Notes under the pieces: model-generated | The model's input: only the letters and a program-made list of their open reading frames with translations | Databases searched by the model: none | Told to the model about the DNA's origin: nothing | Assembly (NCBI GenBank): GCA_034521515.1 | Contig: JAXHMH010000002.1 | Coordinates: 512,444-576,443 of the forward strand | DNA from: Candidatus Saccharimonadota bacterium | Lineage (GTDB): Bacteria > Patescibacteriota > Saccharimonadia > Saccharimonadales > JAXHMH01 | Reading direction: 5' to 3' | DNA: 64,000 bases | Position numbers and translations under genes: made by a program | Shown: piece by piece, positions 54,775 through 63,759 of the stretch | How positions within the stretch are numbered: the stretch's first letter is position 1 | Layout of the letters: the number at the start of each line of letters is the position of its first letter

Positions 54775-56061
54775 GTGGCTTTTTCTAAACAAACAATCCA
54801 AGACATTGATCTAAAAGGCAAGAAGGTTTTGCTTCGTGCGGATTATAATGTGCCGGTAAAAGATGGCAAAATAACTGCTGATTTCCGGGTTGAACAATCG
54901 GTTCAGACCGTACGTTACTTGCTAGATAAGGGCGCAGCCGTAGTTATTTGCTCGCATCTAGGGCGTCCAAAAGGCGAAGTTGAGGACAAATATTCTTTAA
55001 AACCAGTCCAAAAACATTTAAGCAAGTTACTTGACACGAACGTAGCGTTTGCAGAGGATTGTATCGGCGATCAGGCTGAACAGGCCGCCAGCAAGCTGGC
55101 TCCAAAAGAAGTCTTGTTGCTGGAGAATCTGCGATTTCATCCAGAAGAAGAACAAAATGACGCAGAGTTTGCTAAAAAACTAGTCAGACTCGCCGATATA
55201 TTTGTGCAGGACGGCTTTGGTGTTGTACACCGGGCGCATGCTTCGACTGATGCTATAACAAAGTATTTACCATCAGTGGCCGGTTTATTACTAGAACAAG
55301 AAGTCAGTACGATTACTGAAGCCATGAACAACCCAAAACGTCCGCTGATGGCGATTGTTGGTGGCGCAAAAATTGCCGATAAAATCGATGTACTGAAGCG
55401 GTTCATAGATATCGCCGATTTTGTAGTGGTGGGCGGAGCTATGGCCAATACTTTTTTGTTAGCCAAAGGTATAGATGTTGCAAAAAGTAAAGTAGACAGA
55501 GAAGATGTTTCGCTTGCTCGCGACATAATGCAAAAGGCCGCTAATAAGGCCAAGAAGCAGCCGTTTATTTTCTATACTCCGCAAGATGGGGTAGTGGCAA
55601 ATAAATTGGATAAAACTGCCGGTACGCGGATTGTAGACTGGGACGCTCACGTGATAGCCGATATAGAAAGCTACCCAAAAACTCCGCCTAAATCTAAGCT
55701 GCAAATTCATGAAAATGAAATGGTGCTAGACATCGGGCCGGTATCAGGCGCGTTCATTGCCGGAGGCATACAACTTGCCGGAACAGTGATATGGAACGGC
55801 GCTATGGGAGTGACAGAACTAGAGGGCTTGCAGGGTCCGATTGGGCCGTTTGCTCATGGGACAGAAATCATAGTAGATGCCATGCTCGGTGCTCACGGCA
55901 ACCGGCCGTTCACCTTAGTGGGTGGTGGCGATACAGTCGGGTATATAGAAAGCCGTGAATTAACGGAATCGTTTGATCATGTATCGACCGGTGGTGGTGC
56001 CGGCCTGGATCTCATGAGCGGCAAGAAACTGCCAGGTGTTGAAGCGCTACTGGACAAGTAG
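54775..56061 (+). CDS. pgk: Phosphoglycerate kinase
   Basis: GTG start after SD aagggtgg. RADYNVP, SHLGRPKG and STGGGA. Confidence 0.95.
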   Translation: MAFSKQTIQDIDLKGKKVLLRADYNVPVKDGKITADFRVEQSVQTVRYLLDKGAAVVICSHLGRPKGEVEDKYSLKPVQKHLSKLLDTNVAFAEDCIGDQAEQAASKLAPKEVLLLENLRFHPEEEQNDAEFAKKLVRLADIFVQDGFGVVHRAHASTDAITKYLPSVAGLLLEQEVSTITEAMNNPKRPLMAIVGGAKIADKIDVLKRFIDIADFVVVGGAMANTFLLAKGIDVAKSKVDREDVSLARDIMQKAANKAKKQPFIFYTPQDGVVANKLDKTAGTRIVDWDAHVIADIESYPKTPPKSKLQIHENEMVLDIGPVSGAFIAGGIQLAGTVIWNGAMGVTELEGLQGPIGPFAHGTEIIVDAMLGAHGNRPFTLVGGGDTVGYIESRELTESFDHVSTGGGAGLDLMSGKKLPGVEALLDK

Positions 56062-56116
56062 TCCGAAGCACTCGATTTTTATGCTACACTAACATTAATA
56101 AACACAAGCATTATCT

Positions 56117-56902
56117 ATGACAAAACGAACTCTCATCGCAGCCAATTGGAAAATGAACCTAAATACCAGCCAAGCGTCGCTTTTGTTGCATCGTTTGCAA
56201 GAACGCGTCAAAATTCACCGTGATGTAGAAGTTGTGCTTGCGCCGAGTATGCTTGTTTTGCAACCTTTATCTACTCAAGTTGATAGGCGTAAGTTTCGGC
56301 TAGCTGCTCAGAACGCCCATCCTAAAGATGAGGGAGCATATACCGGCGAAGTTAGCTTTACTATGCTGCGCGACCTGGTTCACTACGTGATTATTGGTCA
56401 CTCAGAACGACGGTTGCATTTTAATGAAGATCACGAGTTAATCCGCGATAAAGTTGCGGCAGCAGTGCGTAATGAGATTACTCCAATCCTTTGTGTGGGT
56501 GAAACCAAACAAGAACGTACTGAGGGGCATACCAAACAGATACTTCACGACCAAATAGTCACTGCGATTAGCAATTTGACTGCTAAAGAGGTCGGCGATA
56601 TGGTGATTGCTTATGAGCCGGTGTGGGCAATTAGTACGTTTGGTGGCGAGATCGCCAAGCCCGATGAGGTGGCAAAGTCAATGCAATACATACGCAAACA
56701 AGTCGAAGATTTATATGGTAAAAAGGCAGCTAAAAATGTGCGAGTACTGTACGGCGGCAGCGTTAACGACGATAATATTGGCAGCTATCTAAGGCTGGAA
56801 GACTGCGACGGTGCATTGGTTGGTGGAGCTAGCCTTAATTATCATAAATTTGCCGGTATTGTTCACTCGGCCTATAAAATAAAACGCGAGCGAGAAGACT
56901 AG
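56117..56902 (+). CDS. tpiA: Triosephosphate isomerase
   Basis: AANWKMN, IIGHSERR, AYEPVWAI and GGASL. Confidence 0.95.
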   Translation: MTKRTLIAANWKMNLNTSQASLLLHRLQERVKIHRDVEVVLAPSMLVLQPLSTQVDRRKFRLAAQNAHPKDEGAYTGEVSFTMLRDLVHYVIIGHSERRLHFNEDHELIRDKVAAAVRNEITPILCVGETKQERTEGHTKQILHDQIVTAISNLTAKEVGDMVIAYEPVWAISTFGGEIAKPDEVAKSMQYIRKQVEDLYGKKAAKNVRVLYGGSVNDDNIGSYLRLEDCDGALVGGASLNYHKFAGIVHSAYKIKRERED

Positions 56903-56903
56903 T

Positions 56904-57539
56904 ATGGCAGCAGCGCGTAGTAAGAAAAACGATCAAGTGTTTGATGTATCAAAGCCTGGCAAGAAAGCACCAAGCTCGACGTCCCGTCCACTCATCTCGT
57001 CACATGGACCAATGCTGCAAGACCCTATGGTTAATCAGACCAATGTCGATACTAAGGATAAAGATGATACGCCCAAAACAACATCTAAAAAAGTTATAAC
57101 TCCCCTTGAAGACACTAAACCTAAAAAAAAGGCCAATACAAGCGAGGCTAAAAGTGAACCAGAAGAATCGAAAACAAGTAACACAGTTGAGACCGATAAA
57201 CCATCAGACAAATCATCAGGAAATAACCAACCAGAAACCAAGCCGCGAGCTGTATCCGAGCCGAGTACTAAACAGGCTGATGAAGCAACAGTTGATATTA
57301 TCGCGCAGCAGGCTATAAAAGATAAAAATGGCGGCATCAGCCCGGAAGATTTAGAGAGGCAGAATGCACTGGAAAAACATATAGAAGACAAAACTTACTT
57401 CGTGCCGATAGGCCAAGTAGCCAAACGCCGCAATAAAAGACTGTTAATCTTCATGCTTATTGCGCTACTGCTTGTAGCGGTCGCAGCCGGGTTCTTTGCC
57501 GCCCAAACAGAAATTTTAACTATAGACATACCAGTTTAA
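56904..57539 (+). CDS. Hypothetical protein with a K/T/P/E-rich disordered N-terminus and a C-terminal TM
   Basis: The ORF starts 1 nt after the tpiA stop. TM helix LLIFMLIALLLVAVAAGFFAA. Confidence 0.55.
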   Translation: MAAARSKKNDQVFDVSKPGKKAPSSTSRPLISSHGPMLQDPMVNQTNVDTKDKDDTPKTTSKKVITPLEDTKPKKKANTSEAKSEPEESKTSNTVETDKPSDKSSGNNQPETKPRAVSEPSTKQADEATVDIIAQQAIKDKNGGISPEDLERQNALEKHIEDKTYFVPIGQVAKRRNKRLLIFMLIALLLVAVAAGFFAAQTEILTIDIPV

Positions 57540-57581
57540 TTTGCTAGTGCATCGGGTAATCTTTTTAACTGGTACAATATT

Positions 57582-59912
57582 GTGATGTCGGAGGATGTTT
57601 TACGCGGGTTAAACGACGAGCAGCGGCGGGCGGTCGAGACGACCGAGGGGCCGTTGCTTATTTTAGCGGGTGCTGGTTCTGGCAAAACCAAGACTTTAAC
57701 GCACCGCATTGCCTATATAATTGCCCAACATAAGGCCACACCTTATAACATATTGGCGGTTACGTTTACCAACAAAGCTGCCCGTGAAATGCGCGAGAGG
57801 GTTTGGAACTTGATGCAAAGCAGCAACTCTTGGGGCATCCAGGCGGATGGAGTGCAAGGCGCTAGCGATGCGCAGACTGAGCCGTACAGAAAGTACGGTG
57901 AAGGAGCACAGCAGGTAGCAACGCAACAATCCGCCGCCAACAACACCAGTGCAGATGGCTCTGCTAGCTGGCAGGGTGGCGTGATGGATGTGCCAAGAGG
58001 GTTTATGCCTTTTATGGGCACTTTCCACGGTATCTGCGTCAGGTTGCTGCGGCAAGATGGCGAGCACGGCGGAGTGCCAAAAAACTTCGTTATTTTTGAC
58101 GAGTCTGACCGATTAACAGCCATAAAGCAGGCTTGCAAACAACTGATGATTGATGAAAAAGCCTTTCCACCTCGAACCTTATCCGGCTTGATTAGTAGCG
58201 CCAAAAACGAACTAATATCTGCCGCTGAATATTCATCTACAGGCAGCGGCCCAATGCACAAAACAGCTGCCCAGGTTTTCCCGATCTATGAACGCATACT
58301 CAAACAAGCTGGTGCACTAGATTTTGACGATCTTATCGCCCAGACGGTAAAGCTGCTCAAAAACAACGAGCAAATTCGCCATAAGTGGCAGCAGCAATTT
58401 CGTTATGTAATGATTGATGAGTACCAAGACACCAACTCGGCGCAGTACAAGCTAATTAAGCTACTGACAAACGAACAAACAAACATTGCGGTTGTAGGCG
58501 ATGATTGGCAATCGATTTATTCATGGAGAGGGGCTGATTTTCGCAATATCCTCAATTTCGAAAATGACTATCCAGACACCGCGGTGATTAAGCTGGAACA
58601 AAATTATCGCAGTACTAAGGCGATTTTGGACGCAGCACACGCAGTTATATCCAAAAATAAACAGCGTTCAAGTAAAGAATTGTGGACTGATGCAGGCGCC
58701 GGGCAGCCAGTGCAGGTCATTCAAGTTCATAATGAGCGAGCCGAAGGTGAGGCGATAATCCGGCGGGTTCAAAATGCGGTTGACGCACGCTTTAGACAAT
58801 ATAAAGACTTTGCAGTGCTGTACCGCACAAATGCCCAAAGCCGCGCGATTGAAGAAATGTTCGTGCGTTACGGTATCCCGTATAGGATTATTGGCGGGCA
58901 ACGGTTCTATGACCGTAAAGAAATCAAGGATATATTGGCGTACCTGCGTTTGATATATCAGCCAGAAGATCGTGTCAGTTTTGCGCGTATTGTTAACGTG
59001 CCAACTCGAGGCATAGGCACTAAATCGTTAGAAAAATTTTATAACTGGCAGATTGAGCGCAACCTTACTTTGCAACAGGCGCTTGATACAGTCGGGGAGT
59101 ACGATGGTATCACGGGTAAAGCCCGTAAAGGCTTGGTTGAGCTTGGCGACCTACTTACAAAAATGCGTGAACTTGTGAACGATGTGCCCTTAACCGGGCT
59201 GCTTGATTCGTTGATTCGCCGGATTGACTACATGGCCTATCTTGACGATAAGACACTACAAGGTGAATCACGGCAAGAAAACGTCAAGGAACTGCTGAGC
59301 GTTGCCGAAGAGTATCAGGAGCTAGGACTGGACGGATTTTTGGAAGAAGTGTCTCTGGTGAGCGGTCTTGATTCAGCAGATTTTGACAACAATTCCGTGA
59401 CACTCATGACCATGCATGCCGCAAAAGGTCTGGAGTTTCCGGTGGTGTTTTTGGCTGGCCTGGAGGAAACTATTTTTCCGCACTCCCGCGCACTGTATGA
59501 TCAACACGAAATGGAAGAGGAACGTCGGTTGTGTTACGTAGGTATGACCCGCGCTAAAGAAGAGTTGATACTTAGCTACGCCTCATCGCGCATGTTATAC
59601 GGTGGTGTGCAGCATAATCCGCCGTCTCGATTTTTGAGCGAGATAGATGGCAAACTGCAAACCGATACCTCAGGTAAATGGACGCCCACATCACATTCGG
59701 CCGAGCCGTTTGTAGCCCCTGGTGCGCCTAAACCAACCGGTGATAGCGAACCACGATATGTACCTGATTTAAATGAAGGTGATAGTGTCAGGCATCAGGT
59801 ATTTGGTGTTGGCACAGTTATGGAAGTAGACGGAGATAATGTTGCAATCTATTTCAAAGGCAAAGGCGCCAAAAAACTCAACAGCAGTTTCGCCCCACTC
59901 GAAAAACTGTAA
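57582..59912 (+). CDS. pcrA: ATP-dependent DNA helicase PcrA/UvrD with a lineage-specific insertion
   Basis: AGAGSGKT, TFTNKAAREM, DEYQDTN, VGDDWQSIY, QNYRST and MTMHAAKGLEF. About 55 extra residues lie between REMRERV and GTFHG. Confidence 0.95.
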   Translation: MMSEDVLRGLNDEQRRAVETTEGPLLILAGAGSGKTKTLTHRIAYIIAQHKATPYNILAVTFTNKAAREMRERVWNLMQSSNSWGIQADGVQGASDAQTEPYRKYGEGAQQVATQQSAANNTSADGSASWQGGVMDVPRGFMPFMGTFHGICVRLLRQDGEHGGVPKNFVIFDESDRLTAIKQACKQLMIDEKAFPPRTLSGLISSAKNELISAAEYSSTGSGPMHKTAAQVFPIYERILKQAGALDFDDLIAQTVKLLKNNEQIRHKWQQQFRYVMIDEYQDTNSAQYKLIKLLTNEQTNIAVVGDDWQSIYSWRGADFRNILNFENDYPDTAVIKLEQNYRSTKAILDAAHAVISKNKQRSSKELWTDAGAGQPVQVIQVHNERAEGEAIIRRVQNAVDARFRQYKDFAVLYRTNAQSRAIEEMFVRYGIPYRIIGGQRFYDRKEIKDILAYLRLIYQPEDRVSFARIVNVPTRGIGTKSLEKFYNWQIERNLTLQQALDTVGEYDGITGKARKGLVELGDLLTKMRELVNDVPLTGLLDSLIRRIDYMAYLDDKTLQGESRQENVKELLSVAEEYQELGLDGFLEEVSLVSGLDSADFDNNSVTLMTMHAAKGLEFPVVFLAGLEETIFPHSRALYDQHEMEEERRLCYVGMTRAKEELILSYASSRMLYGGVQHNPPSRFLSEIDGKLQTDTSGKWTPTSHSAEPFVAPGAPKPTGDSEPRYVPDLNEGDSVRHQVFGVGTVMEVDGDNVAIYFKGKGAKKLNSSFAPLEKL

Positions 59913-59955
59913 GTAATAGCTCCGCAAAATTTATCAACAAAGGTACAATAGTCTC

Positions 59956-60426
59956 ATGAATAAGCTCTGGATTTTGAGTGGTCGTATCGCGTTTTGGGTT
60001 TGTTGGCCACTTTTGTGGGTATATCTGCGGTTTGGTCGGTCACGTACCAGGGTTATTGTTATAGCTGACGGCAAGATTATATTGGTAAAGGGTTGGTTGA
60101 GTGACGGCAAGTGGTCTTTGCCAGGTGGCGGTTTACACAGGCAAGAACCAGCAATAGACGGTGCAAAGCGGGAACTGCAGGAAGAAACCGGCATTACAAT
60201 ACAAAATAACCAATTGCAACAGGTCAACGAAGGTTGGGTTAGTAGTGCAGGTTTGCGCTATCGTCATGTGGCGTTTCTGGCGCAGATAGCCAAACCGCAT
60301 AAGCTCAAGAAGCAGTGGCTAGAAGTTACTGAGGTTGAATGGATAGAGTTATCTATGGTATGCGAAAAGCCGGAGGTGAGCCAAGAAACCAAGCAAATCT
60401 TACGTGCCAGCAACACAGTTGATTAG
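59956..60426 (+). CDS. NUDIX hydrolase
   Basis: Nudix box GGGLHRQEPAIDGAKRELQEETGI. Confidence 0.8.
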   Translation: MNKLWILSGRIAFWVCWPLLWVYLRFGRSRTRVIVIADGKIILVKGWLSDGKWSLPGGGLHRQEPAIDGAKRELQEETGITIQNNQLQQVNEGWVSSAGLRYRHVAFLAQIAKPHKLKKQWLEVTEVEWIELSMVCEKPEVSQETKQILRASNTVD

Positions 60427-60511
60427 GGGTATTTTGTGCTATACTTACATTTGGCTCAAATTGGGAAGAATATATCCTCACTAGAGATCCTTTTGACGAG
60501 CATACCATCAT

Positions 60512-61777
60512 ATGAGTAAGAAATCACAATCCAAAAAATCGTCTACTTCACACAAGAGTAGGTTGCACTACTTCCGGAACCACCCCTTGGCTATTCCGGC
60601 AGGTACGTTTGCCGTGCTGTTGTTTATTTCTGTAGCAGCATTCTTGCTATTTGGTGGACAAACAATAGATGCAAGTGATTCAAGAGTTGTCCTATTGCGT
60701 GTCGATGGTCAAGAGCAGGTTGTTCCTACGCGGGCTCGTACGGTTGGCGAGCTGCTAGAACGTCGCGACATTTCTGTAGAAGAAAAAGATATTATTGAAC
60801 CAGCACTTGATACTGAGATCACCGTCCACGATTTTGAAGTTGACGTTTATAAAGCCAAGCCAATCTTGGTAGTTGATGATGATAAAAAGACTATTGTCGT
60901 GAGCGCCGAGACGACTCCGCAGGCAGTCGCCGAAGACGCCGGCCTGACTGTCTACCCGGAAGATCGGATTCAGCGCATAGCCACCGACTTGACCAATCCA
61001 ACCGAGGCAATCCAAGAAGGCTTGATTGCGGAGCGGATAGTCATCGAGCGTGCTACGCCTGTCAAATTTAACTTATACGGCACGGTTATAGATATTCGCA
61101 CACATGTTAAAACGGTAGAGGAACTATTGAAAGAAAAAGGCGTGCAATTAAGAGAGGACGATACACTGCGACCAAGCGCAGACACAGAACTTACGCCTAA
61201 TTTACAAGTGTTTGTACTGCAGACTGGCATTGAGATAGATGTGGTTGAGGAGCCGATTGAAATGCCGGTTGAGGTAATACAAGATCCTAACTTGGCAGCC
61301 GGTACAGTTAGAGTACAGGAGCGTGGTTCAGAGGGACTCAAGGCTGTAACTTACGAAATAGAGCTCGAGAACGATCAAGAAGTAAGTCGAAAAATACTCC
61401 AAGAATCAGTGTTACGTGAACCTGTCCAGCAGGTTGAAGTGCATGGCACAAAGGTGATTATTAGTAATCCATCAGAAAACGTGAAATTGGGCGAGCGAAT
61501 GGCAGCTGAGCGCGGCTGGACAGGTTCGGAGTGGTACTGTTTGTATCAGTTGTGGCAGAAAGAATCCGGCTGGAATCATCTGGTGGGCAATCCATCAAGT
61601 GGTGCATACGGTATTCCGCAGTCATTACCAGCAAGTAAAATGGCAGTAAACGGAGCAGATTACAGGACAAATCCAGCAACTCAGATAGCTTGGGGGTTAG
61701 ACTATATTACTAGAACGTACGGTGCTCCATGTAGTGCATGGAATACCTTTAATAGTCGATATCCTTCCTGGTACTAG
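60512..61777 (+). CDS. Cell-wall hydrolase with RpfB/YabE-like architecture (DUF348 repeats, G5, C-terminal transglycosylase-like domain)
   Basis: N-terminal TM and three DUF348-like repeats. G5-like KAVTYEIELENDQEVSRK. C-terminal WQKESGWNHLVGNPSSGAYGIPQSLP. Confidence 0.75.
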   Translation: MSKKSQSKKSSTSHKSRLHYFRNHPLAIPAGTFAVLLFISVAAFLLFGGQTIDASDSRVVLLRVDGQEQVVPTRARTVGELLERRDISVEEKDIIEPALDTEITVHDFEVDVYKAKPILVVDDDKKTIVVSAETTPQAVAEDAGLTVYPEDRIQRIATDLTNPTEAIQEGLIAERIVIERATPVKFNLYGTVIDIRTHVKTVEELLKEKGVQLREDDTLRPSADTELTPNLQVFVLQTGIEIDVVEEPIEMPVEVIQDPNLAAGTVRVQERGSEGLKAVTYEIELENDQEVSRKILQESVLREPVQQVEVHGTKVIISNPSENVKLGERMAAERGWTGSEWYCLYQLWQKESGWNHLVGNPSSGAYGIPQSLPASKMAVNGADYRTNPATQIAWGLDYITRTYGAPCSAWNTFNSRYPSWY

Positions 61778-61807
61778 GTGACGGTATCTTCCTGATACAA
61801 TAACCGT

Positions 61808-62233
61808 ATGACATATAAATTTGATGGCTATAATTGGCTGGTAAAGCTAGACAAAGGCGACTTGCTTGTTGAGAATCTAACCAAGTTAGTAAAACAGGAG
61901 AATATACGCGGTGCGTGGGTGAGTGGATTAGGCGCTGCTTTGTGGGCGGAGTTAGGTTACTACGACCTAGACGCTCAAGAATACCAGTGGCAGAAGTTCG
62001 ACCAGTTGCTAGAAATAACTAGCCTGCAGGGCAATGTCGCTTGGTCTAGCGATGAACCGGTGTTGCATATACACGGCTCATTTAGTGATAAGAACCTGCA
62101 GGCAATCGGTGGCCACGTTAAAGAAGTAGCTGTCGGTGGCACCTGTGAAGTATTTTTGCACCGTTGGTTTGGTGAAGCTGGCTTGTCTCGCCAAAAGGAT
62201 GACTCAACCGGCCTCTACCTTCTATCAATGTAA
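61808..62233 (+). CDS. PPC (DUF296) domain protein
   Basis: LEITSLQGNVAW...VLHIHGSFSD...GGHV matches the PPC/DUF296 pattern. Confidence 0.65.
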   Translation: MTYKFDGYNWLVKLDKGDLLVENLTKLVKQENIRGAWVSGLGAALWAELGYYDLDAQEYQWQKFDQLLEITSLQGNVAWSSDEPVLHIHGSFSDKNLQAIGGHVKEVAVGGTCEVFLHRWFGEAGLSRQKDDSTGLYLLSM

Positions 62234-62274
62234 ACCGAAAACAGACCCAACACACAACCGCCTATTACAAAAAA

Positions 62275-62310
62275 CTTTCAAATATTAGACGGCCGTCTAA
62301 TATTTGAAAG
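62275..62310. repeat. 36-bp perfect palindrome upstream of rsmA
   Basis: ctttcaaatattagacgg|ccgtctaatatttgaaag. It ends near the expected -35 position of the rsmA promoter. Confidence 0.8.
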
Positions 62311-62343
62311 TCCGTAAAGATGGGTTCTGCTAAGCTATAAGCA

Positions 62344-63201
62344 ATGAAAGATACGCCATACGCCAAAAAGTCGTTAGGGCAGCATTGGCTGCACGACGAT
62401 AACGCGCTGGAAGCGATGTGTCATGCTGCTGATATAAACAATGAAGATGCGGTGCTAGAAATAGGCCCTGGTCTGGGTACGCTGACCGCAAAATTAGTAA
62501 AATCCGCCAGGGAAGTGGTGGCCGTAGAATTTGATGAGCTGCTAGCACGTGAGCTACTCTACCGTGTACCTGAGGAGAATCTCAAGGTTGTTCAACAAGA
62601 CATCATGTCGTTTGACCTAACCAGTTTGCCCAAAAACTACAAACTGGTCGCTAACATCCCATACTATTTAACCAGTAACTTGATACGTGTGATTAGTGAG
62701 TCCGCCAATCCACCAATAATCGCAGCGCTATTAGTCCAAAAAGAAGTTGCCGAGCGAGTAACTGCTGAGCCGGGTAGCATGTCTTTGCTGAGCGTTAGTG
62801 CACAGTTTTACTGGGAAGTCAGCAGTGGGTTGGTTGTTCCGTCGGAGCTGTTTACACCATCCCCCAAGGTAGATTCACAAGTATTGGTCTTACGTCGCCG
62901 TGAGCGTCTACTGTTTAGCGATGTTGACGAAAAGCAGTTTTTTAGAGTAGTTAATGCTGGCTTTAGTAACCGCCGCAAAACTCTGCATAATTCCTTAGCC
63001 GCGTCCCGCCTCATTTCTGAGCGGAGCGATAAGCAATCTGATCGTGAAGCTTCACGAAATGGGGCTGGGAAGGGGAAAATATCGTCCAAGCAGGGGGTTT
63101 TAGCGATATTAGAGGCCGCTGAGATTGACCCTAAATCCCGCCCGCAAGAACTGTCTATGAACCAATGGTACAAACTTTACCAAGCAGTTAATCAAGCCTA
63201 G
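62344..63201 (+). CDS. rsmA: 16S rRNA (adenine1518/1519-N6)-dimethyltransferase
   Basis: KSLGQHWL, LEIGPGLGTLT, ANIPYYLTS and NRRKTL. About 20 extra residues lie before the C-terminal helix bundle. Confidence 0.9.
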   Translation: MKDTPYAKKSLGQHWLHDDNALEAMCHAADINNEDAVLEIGPGLGTLTAKLVKSAREVVAVEFDELLARELLYRVPEENLKVVQQDIMSFDLTSLPKNYKLVANIPYYLTSNLIRVISESANPPIIAALLVQKEVAERVTAEPGSMSLLSVSAQFYWEVSSGLVVPSELFTPSPKVDSQVLVLRRRERLLFSDVDEKQFFRVVNAGFSNRRKTLHNSLAASRLISERSDKQSDREASRNGAGKGKISSKQGVLAILEAAEIDPKSRPQELSMNQWYKLYQAVNQA

Positions 63202-63235
63202 ACTCCATTCACTCTCCCCTACCCTTCACGAATAA

Positions 63236-63258
63236 ATACTTAACATGTTTAAGTATTT
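63236..63258. promoter_or_regulatory. Candidate MarR operator palindrome
   Basis: aatacttaa catgt ttaagtatt lies immediately upstream of the putative -10 box and start of the marR-family gene. Confidence 0.5.
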
Positions 63259-63275
63259 TGTATTATGCTTAACAT

Positions 63276-63707
63276 ATGGATAAAACTAACGCTATCGGAA
63301 CATTACTACATTACCTGGCCTTCTCACTTGACCGCCAGTCAGATCAAATTTTGCAAGAACGGTTTGGCATTGGTTTATCACAGCAGAAGATACTCAGGGT
63401 AGTGTGCTTACACCAAGGCGTGTCACAGCGGTTTGTGGCCGACTTTTTAGGTCAGAGCGAAGCAAGCGTGAGCCGCCAGGTCGGCTTAATGTTAGAGGAT
63501 GGTTTAATTTATCGGGGAGTCAGCAAAGCCGACAGGCGTCAGCATGTACTACTGCCAACCAGCAAAGATTCGCGAGTGCTGGAGGTTGCGGAGGGTGCGC
63601 TCAATCAGCTACATCACACGGTGGTGCAATGCCTGTCCGCCAAACAGCAGCTTCAACTGCGATCTATGCTAAAAAGCATGAACCAACAAGCCCGCCAAAT
63701 CGGATAA
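63276..63707 (+). CDS. MarR-family transcriptional regulator
   Basis: Winged-helix region LSQQKILRVVCLHQGVSQRFVADFLGQSEASVSRQVGLMLEDGLIYR...DRRQHVL. Confidence 0.85.
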   Translation: MDKTNAIGTLLHYLAFSLDRQSDQILQERFGIGLSQQKILRVVCLHQGVSQRFVADFLGQSEASVSRQVGLMLEDGLIYRGVSKADRRQHVLLPTSKDSRVLEVAEGALNQLHHTVVQCLSAKQQLQLRSMLKSMNQQARQIG

Positions 63708-63724
63708 GTCACCAATCCAATAGA

Positions 63725-63754
63725 TTGACATAAGCATAAGTTTGGTGCTATAAT
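63725..63754 (+). promoter_or_regulatory. Promoter (TTGACA, 18-nt spacer, TGcTATAAT)
   Basis: Consensus -35 and an extended -10, reading toward the end of the window. Confidence 0.6.
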
Positions 63755-63759
63755 ACCCT

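Noticed and set aside
63404-63733. Alternate-frame 109-aa ORF overlapping the marR-family gene
   Set aside because: The MarR frame has the winged-helix signature. The alternate frame is an R/G/A-rich artefact.
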